This document shows positions 39,047 to 49,051 of a stretch of DNA of 56,903 nt, one piece after another; the first letter of the stretch is position 1, and each line of letters starts with the position of its first letter. The notes below the pieces were generated by a model. It had not been told where the DNA came from, searched no databases, and was given only the letters and a program-made list of their open reading frames with translations. The position numbers and the translations under genes are program-made. This stretch comes from a virus (taxonomy: Duplodnaviria; Caudoviricetes). The stretch is taken from IMG/VR virus record IMGVR_UViG_3300035670_000254, positions 1-56,903 of that record, one strand, 5' to 3'.

Positions 39047-39980
39047 CGTCGTCCTCCGGAGGAAGAATATCATTGATATCGCGCCACGATAAGAAACGGG
39101 CTTGACGCGGTTTATCTTTCACACCTTTAGGGAAGTGACGAAACTTGACAATCATTTCATTTTCGATTGCCTCGTGACGTGTTTCCCAGAGATGGATACG
39201 TTCTGCGTGAGTTAGCTTACCAGGTCCGATACGCGCATACTCGCCATTATCAAGACGACGCACCATAAGAGGGCCAGCCATTCCTTTGCCGACTTTATTT
39301 TCTTTATGCGTGCTGCGTTTGGTGAGACCCTGGGCATCGGTAAAAGCCTCATTTAAATTCTCCTCTGCTTCAAATACATCAATGAGAACGCCTTCCGTAT
39401 CTTCATACGGTTTACGTCGAGTATATCCCGATTCACGGGCGGTACTGCGGCCCCATTTATAAACCGCTTTCAGGTCGCGCTGGATTAAACCTTCGTAACC
39501 CATCTCAAGCCAGCGTTCTTCCCACTCGAGAAGTTCTTCCTCGTTGTTAACGATTTCCAGGGGAACAACTTTTAGATCGAGAAGCTTACCTAAGCCGTGT
39601 TGAAACTCTATCCAGTTCTTTAACATGGCATAGCGTTCTTCATACGGCTTATTTGAAACGTTCGGTTCGCACAAATCGAAAACGTGCCATACCACTGTAG
39701 GTTCACCTTCGTGACTCATTACAGCAGAAACTGTTTTGCGGCAAAGATCATCGTCAGTTTCAATACCGCAAGCTAACTCACCGTCAAAACCCCGATAAGC
39801 TTCACCACTGAAGTTTTCACGGGTAAAACGGTTCGGCATGAACGCTAGCGTTCGCGTTAGCAATGTGCCATAAGGATTAAGAGCGCGAACGCCGTCAATC
39901 TTAGGCATAACCCCGCAAGGATATTTCACCTTTGACAAATCAGTGTCACAGGCCCGGTAAGCCCGGAATTGTTTACCCAT
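39039..39980 (-). CDS. ATP-dependent DNA ligase
   Basis: KIDGVR, FDGEL, VFD, GYEGL motifs. Confidence 0.9.
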   Translation of the reverse strand: MGKQFRAYRACDTDLSKVKYPCGVMPKIDGVRALNPYGTLLTRTLAFMPNRFTRENFSGEAYRGFDGELACGIETDDDLCRKTVSAVMSHEGEPTVVWHVFDLCEPNVSNKPYEERYAMLKNWIEFQHGLGKLLDLKVVPLEIVNNEEELLEWEERWLEMGYEGLIQRDLKAVYKWGRSTARESGYTRRKPYEDTEGVLIDVFEAEENLNEAFTDAQGLTKRSTHKENKVGKGMAGPLMVRRLDNGEYARIGPGKLTHAERIHLWETRHEAIENEMIVKFRHFPKGVKDKPRQARFLSWRDINDILPPEDDDE

Positions 39981-40512
39981 GAACTTTACCTCGTTTAGTT
40001 GATCGCAAATAGTTTGTTTTACGCCTAAAAGGTTTAGGCATTTCTGATGTAGTGCTTAAGATGGTATCCCGCTTTAAACGCATTTGGCGCAGAGCTGCTA
40101 AATCGCAAAGGTTTTGCGCCCGGGTGCGCCTGTCCGTCCCCTTTGTATGCCCTGGTACGTGCTTATACGTTGCAACGTATCCGCCGCTTTTAAGCAGCCC
40201 GAGAATGTACTCGCAAGCGTTTTGAATTTGATCGCAATAAGGCTTCTTTTCACCGCTGAGGATTTTAATTGCCGTATCGCTGTCAGACTGAATTAATAGT
40301 CTGTCTCCTTCAACAATAAGATTATGACGAATACCATGATAGAGAGCGTTACCGATAGCCATAAGTTCTGCGACATTATTATCGGAAGGGTCACGCAAAG
40401 GACCTTCGAAGGATTTAGAGCCATTAGACCCTGCTATCCAGATTCCGTAGCCTGCGGCTTTAGTTTGGTTGCAGTAAGAAGCATCGGCAATGATAGTGAC
40501 TAAGTTACGCAT
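39973..40512 (-). CDS. Ribonuclease HI
   Basis: IADAS, NNVAELMA, QSDS, HVPGH, NxxCD. Confidence 0.85.
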   Translation of the reverse strand: MRNLVTIIADASYCNQTKAAGYGIWIAGSNGSKSFEGPLRDPSDNNVAELMAIGNALYHGIRHNLIVEGDRLLIQSDSDTAIKILSGEKKPYCDQIQNACEYILGLLKSGGYVATYKHVPGHTKGTDRRTRAQNLCDLAALRQMRLKRDTILSTTSEMPKPFRRKTNYLRSTKRGKVHG

Positions 40513-40542
40513 ATTTTATCCATAGGGCCCGAAGGCCCTTTA

Positions 40543-40977
40543 TTATTCTGCGCCTTTAGGTTTCACAAATTCAAGTGAACCAGTGGCAGGTTTAGTGGTT
40601 ACACACTGGTCGAAAATTTGGTGCTGTTCCGGCGTAAGGTCGCGCCAAGCTTTGACCTTTAGAACCGGTTTACGCTCAACGACTTCTTCAACGTTAACAC
40701 CTTTTTTGACCAATTCGGGCAGAAGGTTAGTCAGCATCGCTTCATCGACGTCGCGGGTCAGCTTGTGAACATATTTCAGCTTATAACCGTTGCCGAGCTC
40801 GTGGGTGTTAGTACCCTCTTTTGCAGCTCTGAAAAAAGTACGAGAGATTTTATCACGAAGAAGAATCTCTTTAGCTTTCAGACGAGAAAGTTCTTCTCGC
40901 GCATTGAGCCATTGAAGAATATCTTCGCTGGTAGCTTGCTCCGACTCATAAGCGTCGAAATCGAAATCAGGGATCAT
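40543..40977 (-). CDS. Conserved phage hypothetical protein
   Basis: AAGGAG SD; own promoter (TTGCCT-16-TATAAT) and downstream UUCG hairpin. Confidence 0.6.
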   Translation of the reverse strand: MIPDFDFDAYESEQATSEDILQWLNAREELSRLKAKEILLRDKISRTFFRAAKEGTNTHELGNGYKLKYVHKLTRDVDEAMLTNLLPELVKKGVNVEEVVERKPVLKVKAWRDLTPEQHQIFDQCVTTKPATGSLEFVKPKGAE

Positions 40978-41041
40978 AGTAGTCTCCTTTGTTGCCTACA
41001 CCTTTATTATATACAGACTAAAGATGCAGGCAAGACTCAAA

Positions 41042-41515
41042 TCACTTGAGATGCGGTGACGGCACCATAGGCAGGATTTTGGCATCAGTAGACCCGAAAC
41101 CATTGGCGCCGCGCTCGCCCTGTACGTTAGCCCGTTCAACTTCTTCAATAGTAGTGAACGGACGATAGATCAGCATAGCCTGGGCGATAGCTTTACCGTA
41201 CGGCTGGTAATAAGTTTCTTCGCCGTCGTTACGCAGACCAACCATAATAACGCCGCCGTAGTCTTGGTCAATGACACCAGTACCGTTCACCAGCGTTACC
41301 TGGCTGTTGAAGCCCTGACCGCTACGGCTGAAAACCAGCAGAACGTGGTCGTTAGGGATTTCAGCAACCAGCCCGGTGCTGACACGAAGCCATTGGCCCG
41401 GTTTAATTTCAACGTCTTTAACTGCAAAAAGATCAAAGCACGCAGAATCTTTTGTGCCTCGCGTAGGCATAATCGCGCGCTGATCTGTTCTTTGAATCTT
41501 TAAAGTTGGCATCAT
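41042..41515 (-). CDS. dut: dUTPase (trimeric)
   Basis: ACFDL, RSG, GVIDQDYGG, IAQ, RGANGFGST. Confidence 0.93.
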   Translation of the reverse strand: MMPTLKIQRTDQRAIMPTRGTKDSACFDLFAVKDVEIKPGQWLRVSTGLVAEIPNDHVLLVFSRSGQGFNSQVTLVNGTGVIDQDYGGVIMVGLRNDGEETYYQPYGKAIAQAMLIYRPFTTIEEVERANVQGERGANGFGSTDAKILPMVPSPHLK

Positions 41516-41979
41516 GTATAACTCCCGGTTGTGAGGATGAAGTCAGTCACGTGCGCGCGGAATATATCTTTGAAATCATCCAAAGTAATAATAGCGCGAA
41601 TGGGTGACTTATTGTGGTAATAATTAAATTCTTCCGGTTGATGCACCCAGGGATTGACAAAAAGCATCACCGACCATTTACGTTTATCTTTGTAAATAAG
41701 AACAGGTCGCTTTTTAGTCTCATGGGCCGATGTGACGCATTGATTCCACCAGGTGTTCAGGTTTAGCTGTTCCTGGTTCTTAATTTCAAAGGCATAACCG
41801 CAAGTATTATCGATATCCATACCGCCAACAGCGGATTGATTCTGGCGGCGCTGGGCAATAGGTTTAGGAGGTAAAGGGATACCAAGAATACTATGCACCT
41901 CAGCGTAGATTTCATTACACCAGTTAACGATATCTCTTTCACCACGCTGCCCTTTTGCACGAATGTTGATACCTGCCAT
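41512..41979 (-). CDS. Holliday junction resolvase (Hjc-like PD-(D/E)xK)
   Basis: RAKGQRGERD, GGMD, FEIK, WWNQ, PVLIYK. Confidence 0.75.
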   Translation of the reverse strand: MAGINIRAKGQRGERDIVNWCNEIYAEVHSILGIPLPPKPIAQRRQNQSAVGGMDIDNTCGYAFEIKNQEQLNLNTWWNQCVTSAHETKKRPVLIYKDKRKWSVMLFVNPWVHQPEEFNYYHNKSPIRAIITLDDFKDIFRAHVTDFILTTGSYT

Positions 41980-41981
41980 GC

Positions 41982-42266
41982 TTAGTTTCCAGGATAAGGC
42001 TTGAAGATTGCTGTGCGAGAAGGTACGAATTTAAAATCATCGTTGATCTTCTCATTAAAGATAATGGCTTGACCAAACAGCCAGGCCTTCGGGTTACGAC
42101 CGCCCTTTTCGAGCCAGTAGGCCCCGTCAAGAGAAGTAATGTCAAAAAGAAGCGAGTTATAGAACTCACGCTTCATATGAATTTCTAAAGCCTGTGTGTC
42201 AGGAATGTTGTTCAGCGCTCTGTATTGATAATGAGCGTCGCGGATACGTTCTAAAGGACTAGACAT
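41982..42266 (-). CDS. Hypothetical protein
   Basis: GGAGG SD. Confidence 0.55.
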   Translation of the reverse strand: MSSPLERIRDAHYQYRALNNIPDTQALEIHMKREFYNSLLFDITSLDGAYWLEKGGRNPKAWLFGQAIIFNEKINDDFKFVPSRTAIFKPYPGN

Positions 42267-42269
42267 TTT

Positions 42270-42350
42270 TCAGCCTCCAAAAAATACACTTCGGATAGCA
42301 TCAAAGGCAAGTAAGGCGCCGATGATTATTACGATTGGCATAGGAAACAT
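42270..42350 (-). CDS. 26-aa hydrophobic peptide (not in the ORF track)
   Basis: AAGGAGG SD; MFPMPIVIIIGALLAFDAIRSVFFGG. Confidence 0.55.
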   Translation of the reverse strand: MFPMPIVIIIGALLAFDAIRSVFFGG

Positions 42351-42378
42351 TTTCAACCCTCCTTGTATAAACAAGAAA

Positions 42379-42408
42379 AGTATAGTGGTCTCCATAAATT
42401 CAAGTCAA
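42379..42408 (-). promoter_or_regulatory. Sigma70-type promoter
   Basis: Minus strand TTGACT-18 bp-TATACT. Confidence 0.6.
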
Positions 42409-42429
42409 TAAGAAACCGCCCGAAGGCGG

Positions 42430-44865
42430 TTATTGATTTACGATACGCTCTAACATTTCCATGTCAGGTACGCGCCAGGCGTGCGCGTCTTTACTGATCT
42501 TAATTGGCGTCACCTTATCATCTTTAGGGTCTGCCAGTGCAGCTTTCTGACCGTCGGTAAGTAACTCGATCAATCCTTCTTGAACGAAGTCCGTAAGAGT
42601 GCGGCGTAAGACATCAGCAGGCCCTGAATTACGTCTTGCCTGTTCCACCCTTGCAAGTTGAGTGCTACAGCGCGCGAGGATAGGGCCTCGTAAAAATATG
42701 CTGAGTTTCTGATGTGGCATGTAACGCATTTCGGTCTTGCTATCTGACAAGTCAGCAGTAAGGTAACGAAGGATAGCGTTCGCAACAGTACGACGAATTT
42801 TTGATTCATTGACTTCACCAATTTCACCAGTCTTGTAGCGGTCCAGCATCATACGAACTGACGACATAATATAGGAATAGGACCATTCAACATGGTGTAG
42901 ACGAACAACAGGATCATCAGGCCTTTCGAATACTGCAAACGTGCCCGCCATACGTTCAGTTTTTTCCTGAATACGGTTATAGATCTGACGAAGCGTTTCA
43001 TCATTGATCTTAGCTTCGTTGCCTAACTTACTTTCCAGAAAATCCTGTATTTCCCCAAGCTTGGCACGAGCCGCTTCATCTTCAGGAATGTTGTGGGCGT
43101 AGCCGTTGCTTTTATAAGAGGCCTGGGTGCTGTAAATATAATGAATCAGTTGAACAAGTTCGTTCGGAAATTCCAGCTGAGTATCAAGATTTCGTTTAGT
43201 TGTGTAGCCTTCGTAAACGCCGTAATTAAAACGTGACATAAAACCATCAGCAGCCAGCTTACCTGTCAGGTTTTTAAACAGCGTGTCAAGAGTAGTTTCA
43301 CCAATAACAGTTAAAGTCACTTCAGTGTTTTTGGCTTCAATATTGTTCTCTTTGTTTGAATACTCCGCACCACCCGTCAATGCGCCTTCATGTGCGGCGG
43401 AATAAGCATTCAGTAAGAAGTTTTTCTTTTCCGCAGCCGCAGGGTTAGCCGCATTGTTTAGATCTTCTAACAGGCCACCGATTTCCGGCATGATCGTACA
43501 AAGGTTGACCTGTTCCAACAGCTTCTTACGCCACGCAATAGTCGAACGCATATCGGCAGCGGTAAAAATATGATCAAGGTCGTCGCCTAGTTCAATCATC
43601 TTCTTAACAATACGCCCGATACCCTGGTGCATGGTGTTTTTACCAGTACCAGAACGAGCCGCAATGATGTAGTAAGCGTTAAGATGTTTGTCGCGGTAAC
43701 GCCAGCCTTTAGCGGTTAGGGCAGACGCAAAGGCCAATGCTGTGGTTATAGCAATTACAGGAACAGGCATCGTGGACGTCTGGAAAATCCACTTCGCTAT
43801 TTCACCAATAGGCCCTGGCGGAAAACCGTATTCGACTTTCTCAACTTCGAACTCAGCATCACGGACCGCTAGCGCTTGCTTCACTTGCACCTTTTGAGCT
43901 TCTGCTTGTTCGCTGTTTTGCATCCATGCCGACACGTTGTTACGCGACATAGCGATAAGCGCTTCCCGCTCTGCTTCCTTACGTTGTTGCTCGACCTGCA
44001 AATAAGAGCGCATATTGTTGATAGTACGCAGCAGATATTTATCATCTGCCATGATCTTATCTTTCTGGCCAGGTTTAGGCCCGCGGTTAGCCAGCGGTGT
44101 TTTACGGAAGATGCGCATAACCTGCGCGTTATTTGGCGACGCTTTAATCAAGAAGTTAATAAGCGCAGCATCAGCTTCTGACCCTGACGGATACTGGTTA
44201 GGGATTAAGCGATCAATAGGTGAGTAGAACAACACCTGAAAGAAGTCGGCGTTTTCCCAAGTGAGAATATCATTAACAACTTCTTCATCCGTACGAACTT
44301 GAGGGCCGTCTTCGACTTTGATAATAACTTTAGCTTTCTCATCAAGCATAGGTGCCAGGTATTCGCAAACACCGTTGCCGTTTGAAAGCGGGCGATTGAT
44401 AACCACATTACCTGTGCAAATAATGAATCGCTCTTGACTATAGCGTTCGATGCCGTAGTCAGAGGAACGACGACCTTCTCCGTGGTTACCGTAAATCCAG
44501 ACGTGCAGACCCTTTCCGCTGGCAGAGCTTTCTACGTAGCTGTTAGAGCCTTGCGCAATGGACCAGAACCAGTTCATGTGTTCAACCGGCGTGTCTGCGT
44601 GTACGTCCATATCAATTACAGTGAACGGGTCGTCGGGAGTTAGAACAAAGCCAGGTAACAGACCCTCGTTAAGTTCGCAAAGATGTTCAGCCGTAGCGAA
44701 TGACATCCAAGTCTTAGGGTCGGTGGGGGAAGCTTTTTCGAGAGGCTTTTGATAGCCCGGGGAGTACATGGGAATCTTGTCGGCGTAACTGACAACCCAC
44801 TGTGGAACAGCTTTTATTTCTTGAGGGAAGCTGTAGCCATCAAATTCAGTTTCAAATTTCTTCAT
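42430..44865 (-). CDS. Primase-polymerase/helicase fusion (NrS-1-like prim-pol plus DUF3987-type ATPase)
   Basis: QWVV, IDMD, SASGKGLH, ERYSQERF; SEAD; Walker A ARSGTGKN; DGFMSRF. Confidence 0.82.
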   Translation of the reverse strand: MKKFETEFDGYSFPQEIKAVPQWVVSYADKIPMYSPGYQKPLEKASPTDPKTWMSFATAEHLCELNEGLLPGFVLTPDDPFTVIDMDVHADTPVEHMNWFWSIAQGSNSYVESSASGKGLHVWIYGNHGEGRRSSDYGIERYSQERFIICTGNVVINRPLSNGNGVCEYLAPMLDEKAKVIIKVEDGPQVRTDEEVVNDILTWENADFFQVLFYSPIDRLIPNQYPSGSEADAALINFLIKASPNNAQVMRIFRKTPLANRGPKPGQKDKIMADDKYLLRTINNMRSYLQVEQQRKEAEREALIAMSRNNVSAWMQNSEQAEAQKVQVKQALAVRDAEFEVEKVEYGFPPGPIGEIAKWIFQTSTMPVPVIAITTALAFASALTAKGWRYRDKHLNAYYIIAARSGTGKNTMHQGIGRIVKKMIELGDDLDHIFTAADMRSTIAWRKKLLEQVNLCTIMPEIGGLLEDLNNAANPAAAEKKNFLLNAYSAAHEGALTGGAEYSNKENNIEAKNTEVTLTVIGETTLDTLFKNLTGKLAADGFMSRFNYGVYEGYTTKRNLDTQLEFPNELVQLIHYIYSTQASYKSNGYAHNIPEDEAARAKLGEIQDFLESKLGNEAKINDETLRQIYNRIQEKTERMAGTFAVFERPDDPVVRLHHVEWSYSYIMSSVRMMLDRYKTGEIGEVNESKIRRTVANAILRYLTADLSDSKTEMRYMPHQKLSIFLRGPILARCSTQLARVEQARRNSGPADVLRRTLTDFVQEGLIELLTDGQKAALADPKDDKVTPIKISKDAHAWRVPDMEMLERIVNQ

Positions 44866-44921
44866 GAGGTGGCTGTCCTTTGGACGTAACTAGGGCGCCT
44901 ATATTAGCGCCCTATAAAGAA

Positions 44922-45110
44922 TCAATGCAACGTAACAATATTAACAGTCACTACTTTGTAGGGATCGAGGTTAAATTTGCGCGCCATTACACGTTCTTGA
45001 TTGATAATGAACTCCTGAGTGAGTCCGTTATCTTCAATTTCGTAGAACTCGCGCTCTTTGTGCGTTCGACCGTCACGCGCGGTAATTAAGAACACCATCA
45101 TTATCTTCAT
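44922..45110 (-). CDS. Hypothetical protein
   Basis: ATGA overlap with upstream ORF. Confidence 0.5.
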   Translation of the reverse strand: MKIMMVFLITARDGRTHKEREFYEIEDNGLTQEFIINQERVMARKFNLDPYKVVTVNIVTLH

Positions 45111-45250
45111 GCGGTCAACCAATCAATGAAGTAATACAGCGCAGTAGCGAAACCGCCCATAATAATGAGGGCACCAATCCAGGCGGGTATTTCAACGGCC
45201 CAATCAATACCAGGGTTTACAAACTCATCATCGAGCTCATTATGTTCCAT
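45107..45250 (-). CDS. 47-aa single-TM membrane protein (not in the ORF track)
   Basis: MEHNELDDEFVNPGIDWAVEIPAWIGALIIMGGFATALYYFIDWLTA; coupled at both ends. Confidence 0.55.
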   Translation of the reverse strand: MEHNELDDEFVNPGIDWAVEIPAWIGALIIMGGFATALYYFIDWLTA

Positions 45251-46080
45251 TAGTATTCATCTCCGTAGTTCTTGAATGCTTTTTCAATTACACCTTCAAA
45301 GCTTTGATCGTATTCTTCCCAGGTTGTTTTGGAAACGTTACCCGCTTTGATATGGTAGGTCATAGTGGCATCGTCCTGGAATATGCGCAGGACAGTATCG
45401 CTACCATTCTGCACGTATCCCATCAGATTGCGGATATTATCAAACAACTTTGCCTTTCTGACAATATCCTCAGACACAACCGGCGCGGGTGGTTCAGCGA
45501 GCGAAACAGGCTCATCCGGTAACGCCATCCAGTGCGTAACAGAGCTGGCGCCGGAGTCTACGAAAGCTTGCGTGCGCTGCCAGTAGCCACCCATGGCTGA
45601 CAGTTTAAAGACGTCACCCAGATTACTGAGAGCGACAACTTCTTTAGACCATAACCCAGGTTCGTTATGGGGCATTGCTACCGAACACGGTATCCAGCCT
45701 GATTTTTGATTTTTCGCAATCTCATATACGAGCTGACTAAAAGCGGGGCCGAACATGCCAGCAGAGATATCGCAGCCTTCTGAGATTTCATCTGACAATA
45801 CAGACTTAGCAATTTTGTCAGCCAGCTCGGATACTTCTTTATCCATCACGGGAAGAGGAGTGGGACCATCCACGCGGCGTTCGATTGCTTGCCAAACCGG
45901 CTCATATTCCGGCCAGTCGCTTTCAACCACAATGACTGTCAGATCACCTTTCCCTTCTTTGATTCTGCCCATTCTTACAGCGTGGCGAACCTTCTGAAGT
46001 TCTTCCCAATTTTGACCGGAAAGATGTTTGTTGCAATCAGTCAACTTTAAAACAATATAACGATCAAATTCGCGTTTCAT
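45250..46080 (-). CDS. Mosaic protein with DUF551-like domain
   Basis: WIPCSVAMP...VTHWMALPDEP; N-terminal VVESDWPEYEPVW motif. Confidence 0.65.
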   Translation of the reverse strand: MKREFDRYIVLKLTDCNKHLSGQNWEELQKVRHAVRMGRIKEGKGDLTVIVVESDWPEYEPVWQAIERRVDGPTPLPVMDKEVSELADKIAKSVLSDEISEGCDISAGMFGPAFSQLVYEIAKNQKSGWIPCSVAMPHNEPGLWSKEVVALSNLGDVFKLSAMGGYWQRTQAFVDSGASSVTHWMALPDEPVSLAEPPAPVVSEDIVRKAKLFDNIRNLMGYVQNGSDTVLRIFQDDATMTYHIKAGNVSKTTWEEYDQSFEGVIEKAFKNYGDEY

Positions 46081-46082
46081 TT

Positions 46083-46640
46083 TTATACCCCGTAGACAGA
46101 GCAGATGTAATCATTCATCGCCCACCACTTGTAAGGTTCAGTGGTAGACCCGTAATCTATTATATGGATGTTAAGCATCTTGGCAAGACGTAACGCCTGA
46201 CCAGTACCGCCACCGCCTAAGCCACCTTCCGTCCAGCATACAACAAACTGAACTGGTGTATTCAGGTCCGTCCCTAAGATCTGATAAGTGTTACGCGCGT
46301 GCAACTCAAGCGCATCAGGTGACAGATTCTTTCCGTTAGGATGCAGAAGGCGCGCAATGACTTTACAAGCCACTACAGATCCTTTATGTTCATCCATGTA
46401 GGATACTTCAGGTTTAGCTGAGCCGTTCCCGACAAAACGCGGCCTGCCCTCCGGGAGAAAGATCTCACACGGCCCTAGAACTGCCCGAGCGCCATTCTCA
46501 AATGCCTGATCAGCACGTATAGCGCGACCGCTCCGCAACGTCCAGCCCGCGCGCCCTAAGCGCCCCGCAAGGTGAGCAAAGGCCTCGCAACATTCCGGAG
46601 GTGTTTCGCGGGAACCAATACCAGCGTAGATTTTATTCAC
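46083..46640 (-). CDS. SLOG/DprA-like nucleotide-binding protein
   Basis: YAGIGSRETP, LRSG.A..AD, RN.YQILG, GGTGQA. Confidence 0.7.
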   Translation of the reverse strand: MNKIYAGIGSRETPPECCEAFAHLAGRLGRAGWTLRSGRAIRADQAFENGARAVLGPCEIFLPEGRPRFVGNGSAKPEVSYMDEHKGSVVACKVIARLLHPNGKNLSPDALELHARNTYQILGTDLNTPVQFVVCWTEGGLGGGGTGQALRLAKMLNIHIIDYGSTTEPYKWWAMNDYICSVYGV

Positions 46641-47164
46641 CAGTCTAACTCCTTGCCTTCTGACATACCTTTACGGCTAAAATGAATCATAGTGAACCAG
46701 ACTGGTGATACAAATCGGTTTAAATGATCTTTTCGCCACCCGTTACTTAATAATATTTCAACTACTTCAGGAAACTTAAACGCCAAGGCTTCTGAGTTTT
46801 TTCTACTCATATGTTGAAGAGGTTTATAGCTAAACTCGCCTTCTTTTCTTATCAGAAGCCCTAATAATCTTAAGCGGTAAAGTATACCGTTATCGGTTCT
46901 GTTAAACTTTCGACAGAAGTCTGCGAGCAGTACCTCAGTGCGTTTCTTACCTTTAGTTTGAGCTATCAGTTCTTGAATTAAACTGATAGTTTCTGGCTTA
47001 GTCCAGCGCGCACCTACTAAGCAGCCATGACAGTCAGCAGGTAGGTTTTTATCATGCTTCATGCGCTTCTTAGCTTTTGCTTGCTCCAGACGGCGCCAAC
47101 GGGATTCCTCCACCTGCGCGGGAGTCATATTAGACTCGTCAATCCACGGAATAGATTTCATCAA
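46637..47164 (-). CDS. Hypothetical basic protein (possible HTH)
   Basis: GARWT...NRTDNGILYRLRLLGL. Confidence 0.5.
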   Translation of the reverse strand: MMKSIPWIDESNMTPAQVEESRWRRLEQAKAKKRMKHDKNLPADCHGCLVGARWTKPETISLIQELIAQTKGKKRTEVLLADFCRKFNRTDNGILYRLRLLGLLIRKEGEFSYKPLQHMSRKNSEALAFKFPEVVEILLSNGWRKDHLNRFVSPVWFTMIHFSRKGMSEGKELDW

Positions 47165-47484
47165 AATGTTCCTCGGTTGATGGGCTCAGCAGTGTAATGT
47201 TTCAGGTTGCGACGGCGGATAAGAACAGCCATGAAGGCGACGTTATAATCAGACATATAACGCCCAGGACGCTTACGACTGTGAAGCACGCAGTTCATTT
47301 CAGAGAGCTCATAATGAACTTCTTCAAACTGATCTGCGGTAAGGTGGGCGAAACGCCTTTTAACTAGAACCTCCATAGCTTCAGGAGTGGCGCCCATGTT
47401 TATGCCGTTTAAGATCATACGGTGGAGAACTTCAACTTCTTCGAATAAGCGTTTCGCAGCTTCTTCAGCGGTTTTAACGTTCAT
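47161..47484 (-). CDS. Hypothetical protein
   Basis: Overlap-coupled ORF. Confidence 0.5.
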   Translation of the reverse strand: MNVKTAEEAAKRLFEEVEVLHRMILNGINMGATPEAMEVLVKRRFAHLTADQFEEVHYELSEMNCVLHSRKRPGRYMSDYNVAFMAVLIRRRNLKHYTAEPINRGTF

Positions 47485-47705
47485 TAGAATTTCCAGAGCC
47501 AGCGGATTAATAAGCCTAAGGCGAGAGAGCCGCTAAACAGCAGCGCGCCAAACACCATCTCTTGAAGTATAGCCAACATCGTTGATGTCTTGATCATAAG
47601 AATTAAACTCCAGCCGTATTCCAAAATCACACCTACACCGAAAGACAATGTACCTATTATAACACAGACTAACACCCGACCGGCCCTAGATATAAGAGGT
47701 TTCAT
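47484..47705 (-). CDS. Two-TM membrane protein
   Basis: Two hydrophobic helices. Confidence 0.5.
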   Translation of the reverse strand: MKPLISRAGRVLVCVIIGTLSFGVGVILEYGWSLILMIKTSTMLAILQEMVFGALLFSGSLALGLLIRWLWKF

Positions 47706-48262
47706 TTTGATTTGCCAGAAGCAGATTTCTTGTCGCTATACTTCAGCTTGCGAAAGGTATCTTCAATGTGACTCATGGCCCGACTGAGCTCAACAGGTTG
47801 GTAGGGCAGAAGCTCTACAATACAACCTTTGGCTTTCCCGCCTTTGTAATATTGTGGATACTGAGAAGCGATATAATCCTTCCATTTATCCCACACAACT
47901 TCTAACGGCTCGTTTGACGTGTACTCGGTGCCGAACAGGGTATAGGTGAACTCGCCCTTAGATTTCTTAGGACGACCGGCTTTCTTCTCGTTCTTAGCCA
48001 GCTTGGTAGAAATGCGGGCTTGCTGCGACGCGACGTACTGCCCGAACCACCATAACGCAAAATCCCGCGGGTAGAGTACACGCTGTGCGGATTTAACCAC
48101 AATAAGCTTACCTGCACGTATAAGCTGTGTTTGACGTGACATTGATACTTTGAACTTTTCTTCTACTTCTTTAGCAGTCATGTAATGCTGAACAAATTCA
48201 GCTTCTGCTTGGTCGGTATAGAGCTTTACTTGCTCCGGTGTGAGATCAAATGAAGTGGTCAT
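47702..48262 (-). CDS. Putative DNA-binding protein (excisionase-like winged HTH plus AT-hook-like GRPKK)
   Basis: YMTAKEVEEKFKVS..R..QLIRAGKL; KKAGRPKK; first gene of the leftward arm. Confidence 0.5.
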   Translation of the reverse strand: MTTSFDLTPEQVKLYTDQAEAEFVQHYMTAKEVEEKFKVSMSRQTQLIRAGKLIVVKSAQRVLYPRDFALWWFGQYVASQQARISTKLAKNEKKAGRPKKSKGEFTYTLFGTEYTSNEPLEVVWDKWKDYIASQYPQYYKGGKAKGCIVELLPYQPVELSRAMSHIEDTFRKLKYSDKKSASGKSK

Positions 48263-48285
48263 AGCAGCTCCTCATGCTTTATGCA

Positions 48286-48314
48286 CATTATACAGGCAAC
48301 AACTATGATCTGCT
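48286..48314 (-). promoter_or_regulatory. Leftward sigma70-type promoter
   Basis: Minus strand TAGCAG-17 bp-TATAAT. Confidence 0.45.
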
Positions 48315-48319
48315 ACGGA

Positions 48320-48910
48320 TATTTAATTACTTTACTTCTGCATCGACTTATTCCGTGAATAGCTATAGTTACTTTAACAGGATGCGATAGTAACTTTACT
48401 TTATGTGCTTAAATTGCGAGTAACTTTGCTTTAGTAACTTTCCCTATAGCTACTTAAGGACTAACTGCTTACTAAAGTTACTTTAGCATTGGTTGCTGTA
48501 AACTACGCGCTAGCCCTTGCAGCTACTAGCTTTAGCGTAATTGTACGAGTTACTTTAGGACAACGTTACTTTGCACGCTTTACGCTTTCCTATATATACC
48601 TTGGGAAAATACACCTATAGAAACTAGTTATTAAAGTGCAATTAATTGTTTTAGATTAACTGTAAAGTATAAAAAGTATAAGTAATATATATTAGATATA
48701 CTGTATTTACTGGGTTTCTCCTACTTTCTTGAGTATAAAGTATCGTTAAACAGACGAATCTTCTATCTTACATCGAATTAAGTGGTTACAGATACACCTG
48801 ACCGGCATATATTTGATCAATATAAATTTCAAAATTTCCAATTCAGATTTTCAAATTTCCTTTTTCGATTTCTTATTTTTCATTCCTAGATTTCAAGTCA
48901 CTTTACTGTT
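48320..48910. repeat. AT-rich non-coding region with GT(T/A)ACTTT iteron-like repeats; candidate replication origin
   Basis: GTTACTTT/GTAACTTT at about 48368, 48390, 48420, 48434, 48477, 48548, 48565; opposing AAAGTAT units at 48663-48743; TTTC-rich tract at 48825-48895. Confidence 0.55.
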
Positions 48911-49051
48911 AGAATGTTCTTAGAGTCATTGAGAGCCGAAGTATGCAAGTCCGTTAGGACCGTTAGTAGGTGCGGTGACGTATTGTGGACACAAGAAACG
49001 CCTCGTGAATGCCGTGGCGTGAAAAGAGATCAAGCTGGGAGGAGTGGAAAT

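Noticed and set aside
32577-42431. Repeated GCCCGAAGGC elements as a mobile repeat family
   Set aside because: Explained as C(UUCG)G-loop terminator hairpins on the minus strand
47702-48262. Lysogeny module (excisionase/repressor)
   Set aside because: HTH-like only; no integrase or CI/Cro pair is recognisable anywhere in the genome
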